A stretch of 64,000 nt of DNA from an uncultured bacterium (GTDB lineage Bacteria; Planctomycetota; UBA1135; GCA-002686595): the NCBI GenBank assembly GCA_943787795.1, contig CALSNU010000004.1, positions 128,001 through 192,000 on the forward strand, given 5' to 3'. The translations under genes and the position numbers were made by a program. A model generated the notes under the pieces. It did no database searches. It was not told the DNA's origin and was given only the letters and a program-made list of their open reading frames with translations. Each line of letters begins with the position of its first letter. The first letter of the stretch is position 1. This document shows positions 38,673-49,857 of the stretch, piece after piece.

Positions 38673-40022
38673 ATGGCAACGATCAAAGCCAAACGAGGCC
38701 TCGATCTACCGATCCACGGCGCGCCCTCGGACGCCTCCGTCGTCGATCGCCTCGACGTCAATCGAGTCGCCCTGCTGCCCCAGGAAGTCCTGGGCGCGAA
38801 GGTTCGTCTGCTCGCCCAGGAGGGCGACTCTGTCCAGGTCGGCTCGCCGCTGATGTGTGACCGCCGCGACGAGGCGGCGCTCTTCACGTCTCCGGCGGCG
38901 GGCAAGATCACGGCCATTCACCGCGGCAAGCGGCGGGCGGTCCTGTCCATCGTGATCGAGGCCTCGGGCTACGACGACGCGGTCCCGTTCCACCCGGTCG
39001 ACGTCGCCGCGGCCACGCGCGACGAGCTCAAAGAGGCGCTGCTGGGCTCAGGCCTGTGGCCGACGATCCGCCGCCGTCCGTTCGACCGCGTCGCGATCTC
39101 GACGGATGAGCCCGCTGCGATCATCGTGCAGGCCTTTGACTCGAGCCCGCTGGCGCCTGACCTCACCGAGGTCGTGGCCGGCCGCGACGCGGATGTCACC
39201 GTCGGCTTGATGGCGCTCAAGAAGCTGACCGATGGTCACGTCCACGTGGCCGTCAAGGACGGCGTGCGCTGGGGCCGATTCCTGCAGGACGGCGTCCAGG
39301 TGCACCAGTTCCGAGGCCCGCACCCCGCCGGAACCGCCGGGTTCTCGATCCACAGCCTCTGCCCCGCGGGCGCGAACCGCACGGTCTGGCACGTGGGGAT
39401 CCAGGACGTCGCGGACATCGGCCGCCTGCTCAGTCAGGGGCAGCGCCCCACCGAGCGCATCGTCAGCCTCGGCGGCCCCGCCGCTCGCGCTCCGAAGATG
39501 GTCCGGACACGCCCCGGTGCCGACCTGGAGCAGCTCTGCCTCGGTGAAGCGGAGGCGACTCAGCCCCGCTTCGTGAATGGCTCCGCCATCTGGGGTCACG
39601 TCGCCAGCGTCGAGGAGCACACGGCCTTCATCGGCCGCTGGAACACCCAGGTGACGCTCCTCGAGGACGGGGTCTCCCGGGACCTGATCGGGTGGGCCCT
39701 CCCCATCAGCGGTCGCTTCACCCAGACCAACACGGTCTGGGACAAGTTCTTCCGCAAGGCCTTCAAGTACGACACGGACACCAACGGCAGCCTGCGCGCC
39801 ATCGTCCCGATCGGCCAGTACGAGTCGGTCATGCCCATGGACGTGCTCGCCACCCAGCTCATCAAGGCCCTCGCGGCCAAGGACCTCGAGTCCGCCGAGA
39901 AGCTCGGCGTCCTCGAGCTTTCAGAAGAAGACCTGGCCCTTTGCCAGGTCGTGGACCCCTCCAAGGTGCCGATCACGGATTGGCTCCGAGACATGCTGAC
40001 CACCATCGAGAAGGAGGGCTGA
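38673..40022 (+). CDS. nqrA: Na+-translocating NADH:quinone reductase subunit A
   Basis: IKAKRGLDLPI.G.P, GPHPAG, LGVLELSEEDLALC, IEKEG end. Confidence 0.95.
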   Translation: MATIKAKRGLDLPIHGAPSDASVVDRLDVNRVALLPQEVLGAKVRLLAQEGDSVQVGSPLMCDRRDEAALFTSPAAGKITAIHRGKRRAVLSIVIEASGYDDAVPFHPVDVAAATRDELKEALLGSGLWPTIRRRPFDRVAISTDEPAAIIVQAFDSSPLAPDLTEVVAGRDADVTVGLMALKKLTDGHVHVAVKDGVRWGRFLQDGVQVHQFRGPHPAGTAGFSIHSLCPAGANRTVWHVGIQDVADIGRLLSQGQRPTERIVSLGGPAARAPKMVRTRPGADLEQLCLGEAEATQPRFVNGSAIWGHVASVEEHTAFIGRWNTQVTLLEDGVSRDLIGWALPISGRFTQTNTVWDKFFRKAFKYDTDTNGSLRAIVPIGQYESVMPMDVLATQLIKALAAKDLESAEKLGVLELSEEDLALCQVVDPSKVPITDWLRDMLTTIEKEG

Positions 40023-40023
40023 G

Positions 40024-41241
40024 ATGAAGATCCTCAGGGACACCCTCGACAAGTTCGAGCCGCTCTTCACCAAGGGCGGGAAGCTCGAGAAGCTGTACCC
40101 GGTCTACGAGGCCGCGGACACCTTCCTCTACACGCCTGGGCACCGCACCGCCTCCGGGCCGTCCGTGCGAGACGGGATCGACCTGAAGCGACTGATGATC
40201 ATGGTCGTCATCGCGCTGGTCCCCGCCACGCTCTTCGGCATGTGGAACGTCGGCTTCCAGCACCTGCGAGCCACCGAGGACTGGAACCTCGCCCCCGCCG
40301 CGGCGCCCTTCTTCGAGTGCCTGCTCTACGGCGCGATCAAGTTCATCCCGGTCTACGCGGTGACGATCGTGGCGGGAGGAACGGCGGAGGCCATCTTCTC
40401 GATCATCCGCAAGCACGAGATCAACGAGGGCTTCCTCGTCACCTCCCTGCTGTTCCCGCTCACCCTGCCGCCGGACATCCCGCTCTGGCAGGTCGCCATC
40501 GGGATCATCTTCGGCGTCGTGATCGGCAAGGAGATCTTCGGGGGCACGGGGATGAACATCCTCAACCCAGCCCTGACCGCGCGGATCTTCCTCTACTTCG
40601 CCTACCCCGTGGACATCTCCGGTGACCGCGTGTGGGTCTCGGGGAGCAGCTCGGGGCAGTGGATCGACGGGGCCACGGGCGCCACGCCCCTCGCGTTCTT
40701 CTACTCCAACGGCAACGCCCCCGAGGCGATGGCGGCGGCGGACTCCCTGAGCATCGGCTGGTTCGACGCCTTCATGGGCTGGATCCCCGGCTCCATGGGT
40801 GAGACCTCGACGCTGATGTGCCTGCTGGGCGCCGGCATCCTGATCTTCAGCAAGGTCGGCTCCTGGCGGATCATGGCGGGCTGCGGCCTGGGCATGCTCG
40901 CCTTCACGCTGCTGCTGAACTTCGTCGCCTTCGCGGCGGGCCTCGGCGCGGACCACTACACGGCGGTCTCCCCCGCCTGGCACTTCGTCATCGGCAGCTT
41001 CGCCTTCGGCTCGATCTTCATGGCGACCGATCCCGTGTCCGCCGCCCAGACCAACACCGGGCGCTGGATCTACGGCTTCATGATCGGCGCCCTCACCATC
41101 CTCGTCCGCGTGCTGAACCCGGCCTACCCCGCCGGGATCATGCTCGCCATCGTCTTCATGAACGTGTTCGCACCCCTGATTGACCACTACGTCATGAAGG
41201 CGAACATCCGCCGCCGGGAGGTTCGCCTTGGACTTCAGTAA
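40024..41241 (+). CDS. nqrB: Na+-NQR subunit B
   Basis: RDGIDLKRLM, KEIFGGTG, DGATGATPL FMN site, FMATDPVS. Confidence 0.96.
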   Translation: MKILRDTLDKFEPLFTKGGKLEKLYPVYEAADTFLYTPGHRTASGPSVRDGIDLKRLMIMVVIALVPATLFGMWNVGFQHLRATEDWNLAPAAAPFFECLLYGAIKFIPVYAVTIVAGGTAEAIFSIIRKHEINEGFLVTSLLFPLTLPPDIPLWQVAIGIIFGVVIGKEIFGGTGMNILNPALTARIFLYFAYPVDISGDRVWVSGSSSGQWIDGATGATPLAFFYSNGNAPEAMAAADSLSIGWFDAFMGWIPGSMGETSTLMCLLGAGILIFSKVGSWRIMAGCGLGMLAFTLLLNFVAFAAGLGADHYTAVSPAWHFVIGSFAFGSIFMATDPVSAAQTNTGRWIYGFMIGALTILVRVLNPAYPAGIMLAIVFMNVFAPLIDHYVMKANIRRREVRLGLQ

Positions 41242-41989
41242 CAAGTATGTGCTCGGGTTCGCCCTTCTCCTCTGTGTCGTCTGCTCCGCGCTGGTCTCCT
41301 CCACCGCGGTCGCGCTCAAGGAGCGCCAGGACGCCAACAAGGAGCTCGACCAGCGCCGCCAGGTGATCCGCGTGGCGGGCCTCGCCCAGGCGGGCGACGC
41401 TCTCCCCAAGGAGACCGTCGACACGCTCTTCGAGAGCATCCAGGGGCGGGTGATCGACCGCGAGACGGGCGACTACATCGACGTACCCGTGGCCAGCGTG
41501 GACCCGATCAAGGAGTCGAAGGACGCCGAGATGTCGGCCAAGACGCCCTCGGAGTTCAAGGCCGCCCAGGTCTCGCGCCTCTCGAACCGCCTGCAGGTGT
41601 TCGAGGTCAAGACGCCGGGCAAGGAGTGCCTCGTGCTCCCCATCCACGGCAAGGGCCTGTGGTCCACCATGTACGGCTACCTGGCCGTCAAGAACGACCT
41701 CTCCGAGGTCGTCGGCATCACCTTCTACGCCCACGGGGAGACCCCCGGCCTCGGCGGTGAGATCGACAACCCCTCCTGGAAGGCGCAGTTCCCCGGCAAG
41801 AGCGTCTTCGGCGCCGACGGCGTGGGCCTGGGCGTCGTGAAGGCGAGCGCTCCCCGGGACAAGGACTACGAGGTCGACGGCCTCTCCGGCGCGACGATCA
41901 CCACCAAGGGTGTCGACGCGACCATCAAGCTGTGGCTCGGCCCCGCCGGCTACGGCCCCTACCTCGAGCAGTTCAAGACTCAGGGCTGA
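41228..41989 (+). CDS. nqrC: Na+-NQR subunit C
   Basis: G.GLWSTMYG, HGETPGLGGEI, VDGLSGATITT FMN site. Confidence 0.95.
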   Translation: MDFSNKYVLGFALLLCVVCSALVSSTAVALKERQDANKELDQRRQVIRVAGLAQAGDALPKETVDTLFESIQGRVIDRETGDYIDVPVASVDPIKESKDAEMSAKTPSEFKAAQVSRLSNRLQVFEVKTPGKECLVLPIHGKGLWSTMYGYLAVKNDLSEVVGITFYAHGETPGLGGEIDNPSWKAQFPGKSVFGADGVGLGVVKASAPRDKDYEVDGLSGATITTKGVDATIKLWLGPAGYGPYLEQFKTQG

Positions 41990-42010
41990 GCCCGAGACCC
42001 GACTCTTCCC

Positions 42011-42634
42011 ATGGATAAGGCAACACGGGGCATTCTCCTCGACCCCCTTCACGAGCAGAACCCGATCACCCTCCAGGTGCTCGGAATCTGCTCGGCCCTC
42101 GCGGTCACGACCAAGCTGGAGACGGCCTTCGTGATGAGCGCGGCGCTGACCTTCGTGCTCGTGTGCTCCAACACGACCATCTCGCTGCTGCGGAACAAGA
42201 TCCCCGGCAGCATCCGGATCATCACCCAGCTGGCGATCATCGCCTCCCTGGTGATCGTCGCGGACCAGGTGCTGAAGGCCTTCCTGTTCGACACGTCGAA
42301 GGCCCTCTCGGTCTTCGTCGGGCTGATCATCACCAACTGCATCGTCATGGGCCGCGCCGAGGCGTTCGCCATGGCCAACCCTCCCATGGCCTCCGCTCTG
42401 GACGGCTTCGCCAACTCCATGGGCTACAGCGTGGTGCTGATCTACGTGGCCCTGTTCCGCGAGCTGCTCGGCTCCGGCAAGGTGCTCGGGAGCCCGGTGT
42501 TCGCCAGCGTGAGCGACGGCGGCTGGTACGTCCCCAACGGCCTGATGGTCCTCTCCCCCGGCGCCTTCTTCCTGATCGGACTGCTGATCTGGGTCCAGCG
42601 CTCGATGACCCCCACCCTCCAGGAGGCGGACTGA
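42011..42634 (+). CDS. nqrD: Na+-NQR subunit D
   Basis: [35 protein letters not shown]. Confidence 0.96.
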   Translation: MDKATRGILLDPLHEQNPITLQVLGICSALAVTTKLETAFVMSAALTFVLVCSNTTISLLRNKIPGSIRIITQLAIIASLVIVADQVLKAFLFDTSKALSVFVGLIITNCIVMGRAEAFAMANPPMASALDGFANSMGYSVVLIYVALFRELLGSGKVLGSPVFASVSDGGWYVPNGLMVLSPGAFFLIGLLIWVQRSMTPTLQEAD

Positions 42635-42638
42635 CGCC

Positions 42639-43256
42639 ATGGACCTCATCAACCTCGCACTGAAGGCGATCTTCGTCGAGAACATCGCCCTGGCCTTCTT
42701 CCTGGGCATGTGCTCCTTCCTGGCGGTGTCCAAGAAGGTCGACACCGCCATGGGCCTCGGCCTCGCGGTCGTCTTCGTGCTCACGGTGGTCACGCCCCTC
42801 AACGCGCTGATCAACAATTACATCCTCAAGGACGGCGCCCTCGCCTGGGCCCTCGGCGAGGAGAAGGCGGCCGGCTACGACCTGAGCTTCCTCGCGTTCA
42901 TCACCTTCATCGCGACCATCGCGGCGGCGGTGCAGATCGTGGAGATGTCCATCGACAAGTTCGCTCCGGCGCTCTACTCGGCCCTGGGCGTCTTCCTGCC
43001 GCTGATCGCGGTGAACTGCGCCATCCTCGGCTCGTCCCTCTTCATGGTCGAGCGCGAGTACACGGTGCTTCAGTCCACGGTGTTCGGCTTTGGCAGCGGC
43101 GTCGGCTTCTGGCTCGCCATCGTCGCCCTCGCGGCCATCCGCGAGCGCCTCAAGTACTCCAACGTGCCCCCCGGCCTGCGCGGCCTCGGCATCACCTTCA
43201 TGATCACGGGCCTGATGGCCATGGGCTTCATGATCTTCGGCGGCATCCAGCTCTAG
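42639..43256 (+). CDS. nqrE: Na+-NQR subunit E
   Basis: [40 protein letters not shown]. Confidence 0.96.
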   Translation: MDLINLALKAIFVENIALAFFLGMCSFLAVSKKVDTAMGLGLAVVFVLTVVTPLNALINNYILKDGALAWALGEEKAAGYDLSFLAFITFIATIAAAVQIVEMSIDKFAPALYSALGVFLPLIAVNCAILGSSLFMVEREYTVLQSTVFGFGSGVGFWLAIVALAAIRERLKYSNVPPGLRGLGITFMITGLMAMGFMIFGGIQL

Positions 43257-43330
43257 GCCCTGCGGCGGGCCGTCGCCTGCGCATATACGCACACTCGAAA
43301 CCGTCAACAGACCGGTTCAGACTTCTATCC

Positions 43331-44560
43331 ATGGACACCTTCATCTTCGGTGTGGCCGCGTTCTCGCTGGTCGGACTCTTCATCGTCGGCGTGCTGCTGA
43401 TCGCCCGCTCGCAGCTCGTGAGCAGCGGCTCGGTGCGGATCATCGTCAACGGCGATGAGAGCCAGGCCATCGAGACCAAGGCAGGAGGCACCCTCCTCGC
43501 CACCCTCGCGGACCAGAAACTCTTCATCCCCTCGGCGTGCGGCGGCGGCGGGACCTGCGCCCAGTGCCTCGTCAACATCGACGAGGGCGGCGGGGAGCTC
43601 CTCCCCACCGAGGAGGGGCACATCTCCCGCGGCATGGCCAAAGAAGGCTGCCGCCTCTCCTGTCAGGTCAAGGTGAAGAACGACATGCGCATCCGCGTGC
43701 CGGACTCCGTCTTCTCCGTGCAGAAGTGGGACTGCGAGGTCGTCTCGAACGAGAACGTCGCCACGTTCATCAAGGAGTTCAAGGTCCGCCTCCCCGAGGG
43801 CAAGAAGATCGACTTCACGTCGGGTGACTACATCCAGATCGAGATCCCGCCCCACGACGTCAGCTACAAGAACTTCGAGGTCGAGACCGAGTACCGGGAG
43901 GACTGGGACAAGTTCGACCTGTGGCGCTTCCAGTCCAAGACCGACGACACCGTCGAGCGCGCCTACTCCATGGCCAACTACCCGGCCGAGGGCGACGACA
44001 TCGTCATGCTCAACGTCCGGATCGCCTCGCCCCCCCCGCGCCTCCCCGACGTGCCCCCGGGCAAGGGCAGCTCGTACATCTTCGACCAGAAGCCTGGCGA
44101 CAAGGTGACGATCTCCGGCCCCTTCGGTGAGTTCCACATCAAGCCCACCGAGCGCGAGATGATCTTCATCGGCGGCGGCGCTGGCATGGCCCCCCTGCGG
44201 AGCCACATCATGCGCATGCTCGAGACGGAGAAGACCGGGCGCAAGATGTCGTACTGGTACGGCGCCCGCTCCCTGCGCGAGATGTTCTACGTGGAGGACT
44301 TCGACCGCCTCCAGTCGGAGAACGACAACTTCAAGTGGCACGTCGCCCTGAGCGAGCCGCTGCCCGAGGACAACTGGGAGGGCCACACGGGCTTCATCCA
44401 CCAGGTCGTCCTCGAGAACTACCTCAAGGACCACCCCGCCCCCGAGGAGTGTGAGTACTACCTCTGCGGCCCGCCGATGATGAACCAGGCCGTGCTCCAG
44501 ATGCTGGATGACATGGGCGTCGACCCCGAGATGATCGACCTCGACGACTTCGGCGGCTGA
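43331..44560 (+). CDS. nqrF: Na+-NQR subunit F
   Basis: [44 protein letters not shown] at 43331. Confidence 0.97.
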   Translation: MDTFIFGVAAFSLVGLFIVGVLLIARSQLVSSGSVRIIVNGDESQAIETKAGGTLLATLADQKLFIPSACGGGGTCAQCLVNIDEGGGELLPTEEGHISRGMAKEGCRLSCQVKVKNDMRIRVPDSVFSVQKWDCEVVSNENVATFIKEFKVRLPEGKKIDFTSGDYIQIEIPPHDVSYKNFEVETEYREDWDKFDLWRFQSKTDDTVERAYSMANYPAEGDDIVMLNVRIASPPPRLPDVPPGKGSSYIFDQKPGDKVTISGPFGEFHIKPTEREMIFIGGGAGMAPLRSHIMRMLETEKTGRKMSYWYGARSLREMFYVEDFDRLQSENDNFKWHVALSEPLPEDNWEGHTGFIHQVVLENYLKDHPAPEECEYYLCGPPMMNQAVLQMLDDMGVDPEMIDLDDFGG

Positions 44561-44578
44561 GCCGCCAGGGCTAACCTG

Positions 44579-44614
44579 AGGAGCGGCGCGGCGAACGATC
44601 GCCGCGCCGCTCCT
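44579..44614 (+). terminator. Perfect 16-bp stem hairpin between nqrF and apbE
   Basis: AGGAGCGGCGCGGCGA-ACGA-TCGCCGCGCCGCTCCT, weak U tail (GTCATTT). Confidence 0.6.
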
Positions 44615-44623
44615 GTCATTTCC

Positions 44624-45784
44624 ATGCGCACCCTCTGCCTCCTCCTCGCCCTCGCAGGGCTCTCTATCGCGGCCTCCCTGGCCTCCTGTGGCCCTGGCGG
44701 CGTGCAGGTCCCCACCGCCGTCCGGATCGGCGGGCAGTGCATGGGCACCAGCTGGTCCGCCGTGGTGACCCTGCAGCCCGGCGAGCGCGCCGAGCGGGTG
44801 GGCGCCCTTGTTCAGGACCGTCTGGACGAGGTCGACCGCGCGCTGAGCACCTGGAAGGAAGACAGCGACCTCTCACGGCTCAACCGCGCCGCGCCCGACG
44901 TCCGGGAAGGGGCGGCCGCAGACACCCTGGAGGTCCTCCGCCTCGGCCGCGAGCTGTGGGAGGCGACCGGGGGAGCCTTCGACCCCTCGGTGGGACCGCT
45001 CACCCGCCTCTGGGGGTTCGGCTCCTACGAGGTCGAGCAGACCGCCCCCACGCCAGAGAAGGTCGCGACAGCGCTGGAGCAGGTCGGCCTCGACGACCTC
45101 CTCATGGGCCAGCCTGGGATCGTGGTACAGGGAAAGGAGGAGTCCGAGATCACCGCGGGCTGGATCGCCCGCTCCCGCGACGACCTCGAGATCGACGCCT
45201 CGGCCGTGGCCAAGGGCTACGGCGTGGACGTCGCCGCCGCCGCTCTCCTGGCGTCAGGCCACGACGAGTTCATGATCGAGGTGGGCGGCGAGCTGGTGCT
45301 CAGCGGCCGCAACCCCGAGGGCATCCCCTGGCGCATCGGCGTGGATGACCCGCTCCCGCCCGCCGGCAGCGACCCGCTCTCCCCCATGGCGCTGGCACCC
45401 CGGCCCCCCATCGCGCGCCTCTCCTTGACCCGCGGCGGCGTGGCCACCAGCGGGGACTACCGCAACGTGCGCCGCGTGGGCAGCCGGCTCGTGAGCCACG
45501 TGATCGACCCCCGCACCGGATACCCCATCGACCACGACCTCGCCTCCGCGACGGTCATCGCCCCCACCTGCGCCGAGGCCGACGGCCTCGCGACGGCGAC
45601 AATGGTGCTCGGGCCCATCGAGGGCCTCGAGCTGCTCGAGGCGCTGGAGGGCGTGGAGGGCTACCTGCTGGTCCGCACCCAGGACGCCGAGGCGCCGATC
45701 GAGGCCATCATGACCTCGGGGATGGCGGCGGTGCTCATGGACGGACCAGGAGACCGTCGCGTGCCCCGCCAGCGCGGGCGCTGA
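44624..45784 (+). CDS. apbE: FAD:protein FMN transferase
   Basis: LASC lipobox, MGT, GAFDPSVGPL, AVAKGYGVD, ATSGDYRN, SHVIDPRTG, ADGLATA. Confidence 0.94.
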   Translation: MRTLCLLLALAGLSIAASLASCGPGGVQVPTAVRIGGQCMGTSWSAVVTLQPGERAERVGALVQDRLDEVDRALSTWKEDSDLSRLNRAAPDVREGAAADTLEVLRLGRELWEATGGAFDPSVGPLTRLWGFGSYEVEQTAPTPEKVATALEQVGLDDLLMGQPGIVVQGKEESEITAGWIARSRDDLEIDASAVAKGYGVDVAAAALLASGHDEFMIEVGGELVLSGRNPEGIPWRIGVDDPLPPAGSDPLSPMALAPRPPIARLSLTRGGVATSGDYRNVRRVGSRLVSHVIDPRTGYPIDHDLASATVIAPTCAEADGLATATMVLGPIEGLELLEALEGVEGYLLVRTQDAEAPIEAIMTSGMAAVLMDGPGDRRVPRQRGR

Positions 45785-45845
45785 GACGCGCCCGCCCCGA
45801 CAGATCAGACAGCTGGATCCGACTGCTGGATCCAACCGCTGGCCG

Positions 45846-46088
45846 CTACTGCTGGGAGCGACTGCGGGCGGCATCCCGCTCGCTCTTGCGGCGCGCCAGC
45901 GCGAGGAGCTCCTTGCGGGCGTCACATACCGGCGCGTTCTGCATCTCGCAAAGGCAGTCCGCGATGGACTCCCCGTCCGGCCCGACGCCGCCGCAAGAGC
46001 CCGAGAGGGCCCGCCCCCGGAGCAGACCGACAGCCATGCCGCCCACGGCGAGGGCGAAGAAGGCGAAGACGATGATGAACTCCTGCAT
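45846..46088 (-). CDS. nqrM: NqrM-like (Na+-NQR maturation) small membrane protein
   Basis: TM then MAVG...GSCGG plus three further Cys; adjacent to apbE. Confidence 0.75.
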   Translation of the reverse strand: MQEFIIVFAFFALAVGGMAVGLLRGRALSGSCGGVGPDGESIADCLCEMQNAPVCDARKELLALARRKSERDAARSRSQQ

Positions 46089-46416
46089 GGCTACCGCGGA
46101 AATCTAGGACATCTAGGCCCCGACGGGGCCCCGGGCCTCGACCAAATCCCCCGCAGGCCCCACGGGGGACGCCTCCCCCGGAGTTCCGGCTGCCGAGGAG
46201 GAAACCCCGGCCACCTCCCCGGGCACCTCCCCTGCCACCTCCCCGGGCAGAACGTTGGGCCCACCCCGGAGCGGGTCCGGGCCGGCAGCCTCGGCCGGGC
46301 TCGAATGCCCCCGAAACGTCACGAATCCTTCGCGCTCGAGGGCGGCAGGCGGGCCCATTGCGACTAACCTCTCTGCCTCGAACGCGAGCCTTCCTCCCCG
46401 GCCCCACCTGAAGACC

Positions 46417-48645
46417 ATGTCCTCCGCCACGATCACCTGGACCAAGATCGACGAAGCCCCGGCCCTGGCCACCCACGCCCTCCTGCCCATCGTCCGCGCC
46501 TTCATGAAGGGCTCGGGCGTCGAGATCGAGACGGCGGACATCTCCCTGGCGGGGCGGATCCTGGCGAACTTCCCGGAGGGGCTGACCGAGGACCAGCGCA
46601 TCCCCGACGAGCTGGCGCGGCTGGGGGACCTCGCGAAGACCTCCGCGGCGAACATCGTCAAGCTCCCCAACATCAGCGCCTCGATCCCGCAGCTGCAGGA
46701 CGCCATCGCCGAGCTGCAGGCCCAGGGCTTCGACGTCCCTGACTACCCCGAGGAGCCCAAGACCGACGAGGAGTGGGACCTCCAGCGCCGCTTCGGCGCC
46801 GTGCTGGGCTCCGCGGTCAACCCCGTCCTGCGCGAAGGCAACTCCGACCGCCGCGCAGCGAAGTCCGTGAAGGCCTTCGCGCAGAAGCACCCCCACCGGA
46901 TGATGAAGCCCTGGCCCGAGTCCGGGTCCAAGGCGAGGGTCGCCCACATGCAAGGCGACGACTTCTTCGGCAGCGAACGGTCGATGACCCTCTCCGCCCC
47001 CACCACGGCGAGCATCGAGTTCGTCCCCGCCGGCGGTGAGGCCGAGGTCCTGAAGGGCGGCATCGAGCTCCTCGCGGGCGAGGTGATCGACACCTCCCGC
47101 ATGAAGGCCGCCGCGCTGCGCGCCTACTTCGCGGAGGAGATCGCGCGCGCCAAGGAGGAGGGGGTGCTCTTCTCTCTGCACCTCAAGGCGACGATGATGA
47201 AGGTCTCGGACCCGGCCATGTTCGGGCACTGCGTCTCCGTCTTCTTTGGCGCGGCCCTCGACAAGCACGCCGACGCCCTCGCCTCCATCGGCGTCAACCT
47301 GAACAACGGCCTCCAGGACGTCCTCGACAAGCTCGAGCGGCTCCCCGAGGACCAGCGCGCCGAGATCGAGCGGGACATCGAGGCCTGCTACGAGAGCGGG
47401 CCGGACCTGGCGATGGTGGACTCCCGCAAGGGGATCACCAACCTGCACGTCCCCAACAACGTCATCATCGACGCCTCCATGCCCGTGGTGATCCGCGACG
47501 GCGGCAAGATGTGGAACCGCGCCGACGAACTCCAGGACACAGTGTCGCTGATCCCGGACCGCAGCTACGCCACCCTGTACCAGGCGGTGATCGAGGACTG
47601 CCAGGCCCACGGCCAGTTCGACCCCGCGACCATGGGGGGCGTCTCCAACGTCGGACTCATGGCCAAGAAGGCCGAGGAGTACGGGTCCCACGACAAGACC
47701 TTCTTCGCCGCGGGGACCGGCACCATCCGCGTCGTCGACGCCGAGGGCGCGGTCCTGCTGGAGCAGTCAGTAGAGCAGGACGACATCTTCCGGATGTGCC
47801 AGACCAAGGACGTCTCCATCCGTGACTGGGTGAAGCTCGGCGTCACGCGCGCCAAGGCCTCGGGGGCCCCCGCCATCTTCTGGCTGGACCCGGCCCGCGG
47901 CCACGACGCCGAACTCCTCAAGAAGGTCGAGGTGTACCTGAAGGACCACGACACCGAGGGGCTCGACCTCCGGATGCTCAGGCCCGTGGACGCCATGCGC
48001 GCCTCGCTCGAGCGCGTGCGCCGCGGCGAGGACACCATCTCGGTGACGGGCAACGTCCTGCGCGACTACCTCACGGACCTCTTCCCCATCCTCGAGCTCG
48101 GCACCAGCGCCCGCATGCTCTCGATCGTCCCGCTGCTCGAGGGCGGCGGCCTCTTCGAGACGGGGGCCGGCGGCTCGGCGCCCAAGCACGTGGCTCAGTT
48201 CCTCGGGGAGGGCCACCTGCGCTGGGACTCCCTCGGCGAGTACTGCGCCCTGGTCCCCTCCATCGAGAAGGCCGCCGAGTCCAGCGGCTCCGCCAAGGCC
48301 GCGACCCTCGCCGCCACCCTCGACGGGGCTGTGGGCGCCTACCTCGAGCACTCCCGCTACCCCTCGCGGAAGGTCAACGAGATCGACAACCGCGGCTCGA
48401 GCTTCTACCTCGCCCTCTACTGGGCCGAGGCCCTCGCGGCCCAGAGCGACGACGCCGAGCTCAAGGCGCGCTTCACGCCCATCGCAGCCGCCCTCGCCGG
48501 GGCCGAGGCGACCATCAGCGCCGAGCTCCTCGCGGCGCAGGGTGCGCCCGTCGACATTGGCGGCTACTTCCACCCCGACGACGAGGCCTGTGGGCGCGCC
48601 ATGCGTCCGAGCACGACGCTGAACGAGATCATCGAGAGCATCTGA
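46417..48645 (+). CDS. icd: Monomeric NADP-dependent isocitrate dehydrogenase
   Basis: [52 protein letters not shown]. Confidence 0.96.
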   Translation: MSSATITWTKIDEAPALATHALLPIVRAFMKGSGVEIETADISLAGRILANFPEGLTEDQRIPDELARLGDLAKTSAANIVKLPNISASIPQLQDAIAELQAQGFDVPDYPEEPKTDEEWDLQRRFGAVLGSAVNPVLREGNSDRRAAKSVKAFAQKHPHRMMKPWPESGSKARVAHMQGDDFFGSERSMTLSAPTTASIEFVPAGGEAEVLKGGIELLAGEVIDTSRMKAAALRAYFAEEIARAKEEGVLFSLHLKATMMKVSDPAMFGHCVSVFFGAALDKHADALASIGVNLNNGLQDVLDKLERLPEDQRAEIERDIEACYESGPDLAMVDSRKGITNLHVPNNVIIDASMPVVIRDGGKMWNRADELQDTVSLIPDRSYATLYQAVIEDCQAHGQFDPATMGGVSNVGLMAKKAEEYGSHDKTFFAAGTGTIRVVDAEGAVLLEQSVEQDDIFRMCQTKDVSIRDWVKLGVTRAKASGAPAIFWLDPARGHDAELLKKVEVYLKDHDTEGLDLRMLRPVDAMRASLERVRRGEDTISVTGNVLRDYLTDLFPILELGTSARMLSIVPLLEGGGLFETGAGGSAPKHVAQFLGEGHLRWDSLGEYCALVPSIEKAAESSGSAKAATLAATLDGAVGAYLEHSRYPSRKVNEIDNRGSSFYLALYWAEALAAQSDDAELKARFTPIAAALAGAEATISAELLAAQGAPVDIGGYFHPDDEACGRAMRPSTTLNEIIESI

Positions 48646-48706
48646 TCTACGAGGCCGCGTGAGGTACGGGGTGGCGCTCTGACCAGGACCACGGTTCTAT
48701 GGCGCC

Positions 48707-49544
48707 ATGCGCGCTGCCCACCCGACCGCTCCCACGAGGAGCGTCCCCTTGAGCCCCTTGCGGGTCTTCTGCCCGGCCCTCTGCGGGGCCCTCCTCCTGG
48801 TCGCCTTCGTCCAGCTCACCGCCTGCGCGGTGCAACCTCCCGCGGATGGACTCCCCGCGGGCGAGCCCGAGCCATCCGCGGCAAGGGGCGCGCTCCAGAC
48901 GCCGTATCGCGTCCTGATCCTCGGAGACTCGATCTCCATCGGCTACACGCCGTTCGTGAGGGAGCAGCTCGCGGGGATCGCCGAGGTGGTACGCCCCGCG
49001 CGCGTCCGGGCCCAGGGCAAGGGCCCGCGCCCGGAGAACTGCGAGGGGACGAACAAGGGGGTGGGCTCCATCGACCGCTGGCTCGCGCTGGAGGGCGGTC
49101 CGTTCGATGTGATCCACTTCAACTTCGGGCTGCACGACATGAAGCGCGTCAACGCGGAGACAGGCCGGAACTCCAATGATCCGAAGGATCCGCACCAGGC
49201 CTCGCCGGCGCGGTACGAGGCGCAGCTCCGAGAGATCACCCGCGAGCTGAAGGCCTCGGGCGCTCGGCTCGTCTTCGCGACCACCACCCCCGGTCCCCGA
49301 GGGCGACCTGCGCCCCTACCGGGAGCCCGCCGATGCGGTGGAGTACAACCAGATCGCCCTGGAGGTCATGCGGGCAGAGGGCATCCAGGTGAACGATCTC
49401 TTCCGGTTCATCTCGGAGGCCGACCCCGCCCTGCAGAGGCCCGCCGACGTGCACTTCACGCGGGAGGGCTCACGCGCGCTCGGCAGCGCAGCCGCCACGG
49501 CCATCCTCGACGCCGCTGGAGCAGACTCGCCAGGCCCCCGGTAG
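48707..49544 (+). pseudogene. SGNH/GDSL hydrolase lipoprotein with one frameshift near 49287-49291
   Basis: ILGDSISIGY, FNFGLHD, FATTTP in one frame; VPEGDL...YNQIA...VNDL...DVHF in the next; removing one C from ACCCCCGG restores the frame. Confidence 0.8.
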
Positions 49545-49546
49545 GA

Positions 49547-49614
49547 CCCTTGCGCCCAGTGGTGCCTTGCGCCCAGTGGTCCCTTGCACCCAGTGGTCCC
49601 TTTCACCCAGTGGG
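49547..49614. repeat. 17-bp tandem repeat x4 (CCCTTGCRCCCAGTGGT)
   Basis: Read directly; begins 2 nt after the GDSL stop. Confidence 0.88.
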
Positions 49615-49857
49615 ACCACGCACCCCGCGGGCCCTTGGGCGCGCTAGTCCCGGCGCCCGCGAAGGCTCAACCCGACCAGGAGAGGGCTGCCCCCCCCCGG
49701 AGGATCCAGCAAAGAGGCGGAGGCCCCCCCTGGACCGCGCTCCACTCGGCGCCGACCGGGGAGCCCCCCCGATGCGGGCGCGCCAGCAGTCACCAAGGGC
49801 AGGAAGGCGCGGCAGTTCGGGGGAGCGTCGAGGCAGATGCAGGTCCCTCGGGTGAGG

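Noticed and set aside
49547..49614. Mini-CRISPR or iteron cluster
   Set aside because: 17-bp units are directly adjacent with no spacers, and no rep gene is nearby; fits the general micro-duplication pattern
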